DNA of 64,000 bases from Leptogorgia sarmentosa (taxonomy: Eukaryota). The stretch is from the NCBI GenBank assembly GCA_964658305.1, contig OZ210885.1:11904001-11968000 (forward strand), in the 5' to 3' direction. The translations under genes were made by a program, and so were the position numbers. Below are positions 61,781 to 64,000 of the stretch, one piece after another (within the stretch, counting starts at the first letter, position 1; every line of letters starts with the position of its first letter). Under the pieces are notes generated by a model. The model was not told the DNA's origin. It saw nothing but the letters and a program-made list of their open reading frames with translations, and did no database searches.

Positions 61781-64000
61781 CTAACCCCAACCCTAACCAC
61801 TTCAAACCTTAATCCTTATGTACACCTTTGACCTAAACCCAACCCAATCCTTAACCTGACCATGACCACTTCAAACCCTAATCCTTATGTACACCTTTGA
61901 CCTAAACCCAACCCAATCCTTAACCTGACCCTAACCACTTCAATCCCTATTCCTTATCTACATATTTGACCTAAACCCAACCCAACCCTTAACCTGACCC
62001 TAACCACTTCAAACCTTAATCCTTATGTACACCTTTGACCTAAACCCAACCCAATCCTTAACCTGACCATAACCACTTCAATCCCTAATCCTTATGTACA
62101 CCTTTGACCTAAACCCAACCCAACCCTTAACCTGACCCTAACCACTTCAATCCCTAATCCTTAAATACACCCTTGACCTTGACCTCAACCCCACCCAATC
62201 CTTAACCTGACCCTAACCACTTCAATCCCTAATCCTTAAATACATCCTTGACCTCAACCCCACCGAATCCTTAACCTGACCCTAACCACTTCAATCGTTA
62301 TGTACACCTTTGACCTAAACCCAACCCAATCCTCAACCTGACCCTAACCACTTCAATCCCTAATCCTTGAATACACCACTTCAATCCCTAATCCTTAAAT
62401 ACACCCTTGATCTAAACCCCACCTAATCCTTAATGTGACCCTAACCACTTCAATCCCTAATCCTTAAATACACCACTTCAATCCCTAATCCTTAAATATA
62501 CCTTTGACCTAAACCCCACCAAATCCTTAACCTGACCCTAACCACTTCAATCCTTATGTACATAATTGACCTAAACCCCACCCAATCCTTAACCTGACCC
62601 TAACCAATCAAACCCTAATCCTTAAATACACCACTTCAATCCCTAATCCTTAAATACACCCTTGATCTAAACCCCACCCAATCCTTAACCTGACCCTAAC
62701 CACTTCAATCCCTAATCCTTATGTACACCTTCGACCTAAACCCCACCCAATCCTTAACCTGACCCTAACCAATCAATCCCTAATCCTTATGTGCACTTTG
62801 ACCTAAACCCAACCCAATCCTTAACCTGACCATAACAAATCCAATCCTTATGTACACATTTAACCAAAACCCAACCCAATCCTTAACCTGACCCTAACCA
62901 CTTCAAACCTTATCCTTATGTACAACTTTGACCTTAACCCAACCCAATCCTTAACCTGACCCTAACCACTTCAATCCCTAATCCTTATGTACACCCTTGA
63001 CCTAAACCCCACCCAATCCTTAACCTGACCCTAACCAATCTAACCCTAATCCTTATGTACACCCTTGACCTAAACCCAACCCAATCCTTAACCTGACCCT
63101 AACCACTTCAACCCTAATCCTTAAATACACCCTTGACCTAAACCCCACCGAATCCTTAACCTGACCCTAACCACTTCAAACCCTAATCCTTAAATACACC
63201 CTTGACCTAAACCCCACCGAATCCTTAACCTGACCCTAACCACTTCAAACCCTAATCCTTAAATACACCCTTGACCTAAACCCCACCGAATCCTTAACCT
63301 GACCCTAACCACTTCAACCCTTATGTACACCTTCGACCTAAACCCAACCCAATCCTCAACCTGACCCTAAGCACTTCAATCCCTAATCCTTAAATACACC
63401 ACTTCAATCCCTAATCCTTAAATATACCTTTGACGTAAACCCAACCCAATCCTTAACCTGACCCTAACCACTTCAATCCCTAATCCTAAAATACACCCTT
63501 GACCTAGACCCCACCCAATCCTTAACCTGACCCCAACCACTTCAATCCCTAATCCTTAAATACACCTTTGACCTAAACCCACCCAATCCTTAACCTGACC
63601 CTAACCACTTCAAACCCTAATCCTTAAATACACCTTTGACCTAAACCCACCCAATCCTTAACCTGACCCCAACCACTTCAAACCCTAATCCTTAAATACA
63701 CCTTTGACCTAAACCCAACCCAATCCTTAACCTGACCCTAACCACTTGAATCCTTATGTACACCTTTGACCTAAACCCAACCCAATCCTTAACCTGACCA
63801 TGACCACTTCAATCCCTAATCCTTATGTACACCTTTGACCTAAACCCAACCCAATCCTTAACCTGACCATAACCACTTCAAACCCTAATCCTTATCTACA
63901 TATTTGACCTAAACACAACCCAACCCTTAACCTGACCCTAACCACTTCAATCCCTAATCCTTATGTACACCTTTGACCTCAACCCCACCGAATCCTTAAC
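61781..64000 (+). repeat. Telomere-like ~69-bp satellite, block 4 (incomplete at the window end)
   Basis: Same monomer, with local indels relative to blocks 2 and 3. Confidence 0.95.

Larger units (their letters stand above)
39122..64000 (+). mobile_element. Head-to-tail array of an endonuclease-less Penelope-like retroelement, 7352-bp period (one 5'-truncated copy plus three copies, running off the window)
   Basis: ORFs recur at exactly +7352 and +14704. The sequence at 39121 matches 46801. Unit = ~5.12 kb unique sequence plus ~2.23 kb satellite. Confidence 0.93.

Noticed and set aside
40366..64000. Satellite blocks as a CRISPR array or as a true telomere
   Set aside because: There are no unique spacers or cas genes and the context is eukaryotic. 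There are no long perfect (CCCTAA)n runs, and the strand orientation does not fit a right-hand chromosome end.

Overview
Eukaryotic (animal, probably marine invertebrate; cnidarian-like by gene and TE content, which is inference) genomic DNA in three parts. (1) 1-29 kb: a minus-strand, intron-rich STAND/NLR-like gene. Its architecture is an N-terminal HEPN-like RxxxxH domain, a coiled coil, an APAF-1-type NB-ARC and WD40 repeats. A dead NACHT exon lies between the N-terminal and NB-ARC exons. The introns hold an intact Crypton-type tyrosine recombinase, Crypton-like hairpin elements, two Kolobok-like THAP elements with nested MITEs, and a Penelope-type hammerhead ribozyme. (2) 29.5-39 kb: a ~2.08 kb non-coding tandem repeat cut off by a 2.3 kb TIR element that has no target-site duplication. 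(3) 39.1-64 kb: a head-to-tail array (7352 bp period) of a Penelope-like retroelement with no GIY-YIG endonuclease. Each unit has paired RFX X-boxes, a hairpin-rich leader, ORF1 overlapping an RT ORF in the -1 frame (G_GAU_UUU slippery site plus three hairpins), and 1.6-2.2 kb of a ~69 bp satellite built from degenerate CCCTAA telomeric hexamers. All three full copies share a frameshifting deletion in the RT. All coordinates and pairings were read by eye; no database searches were run.
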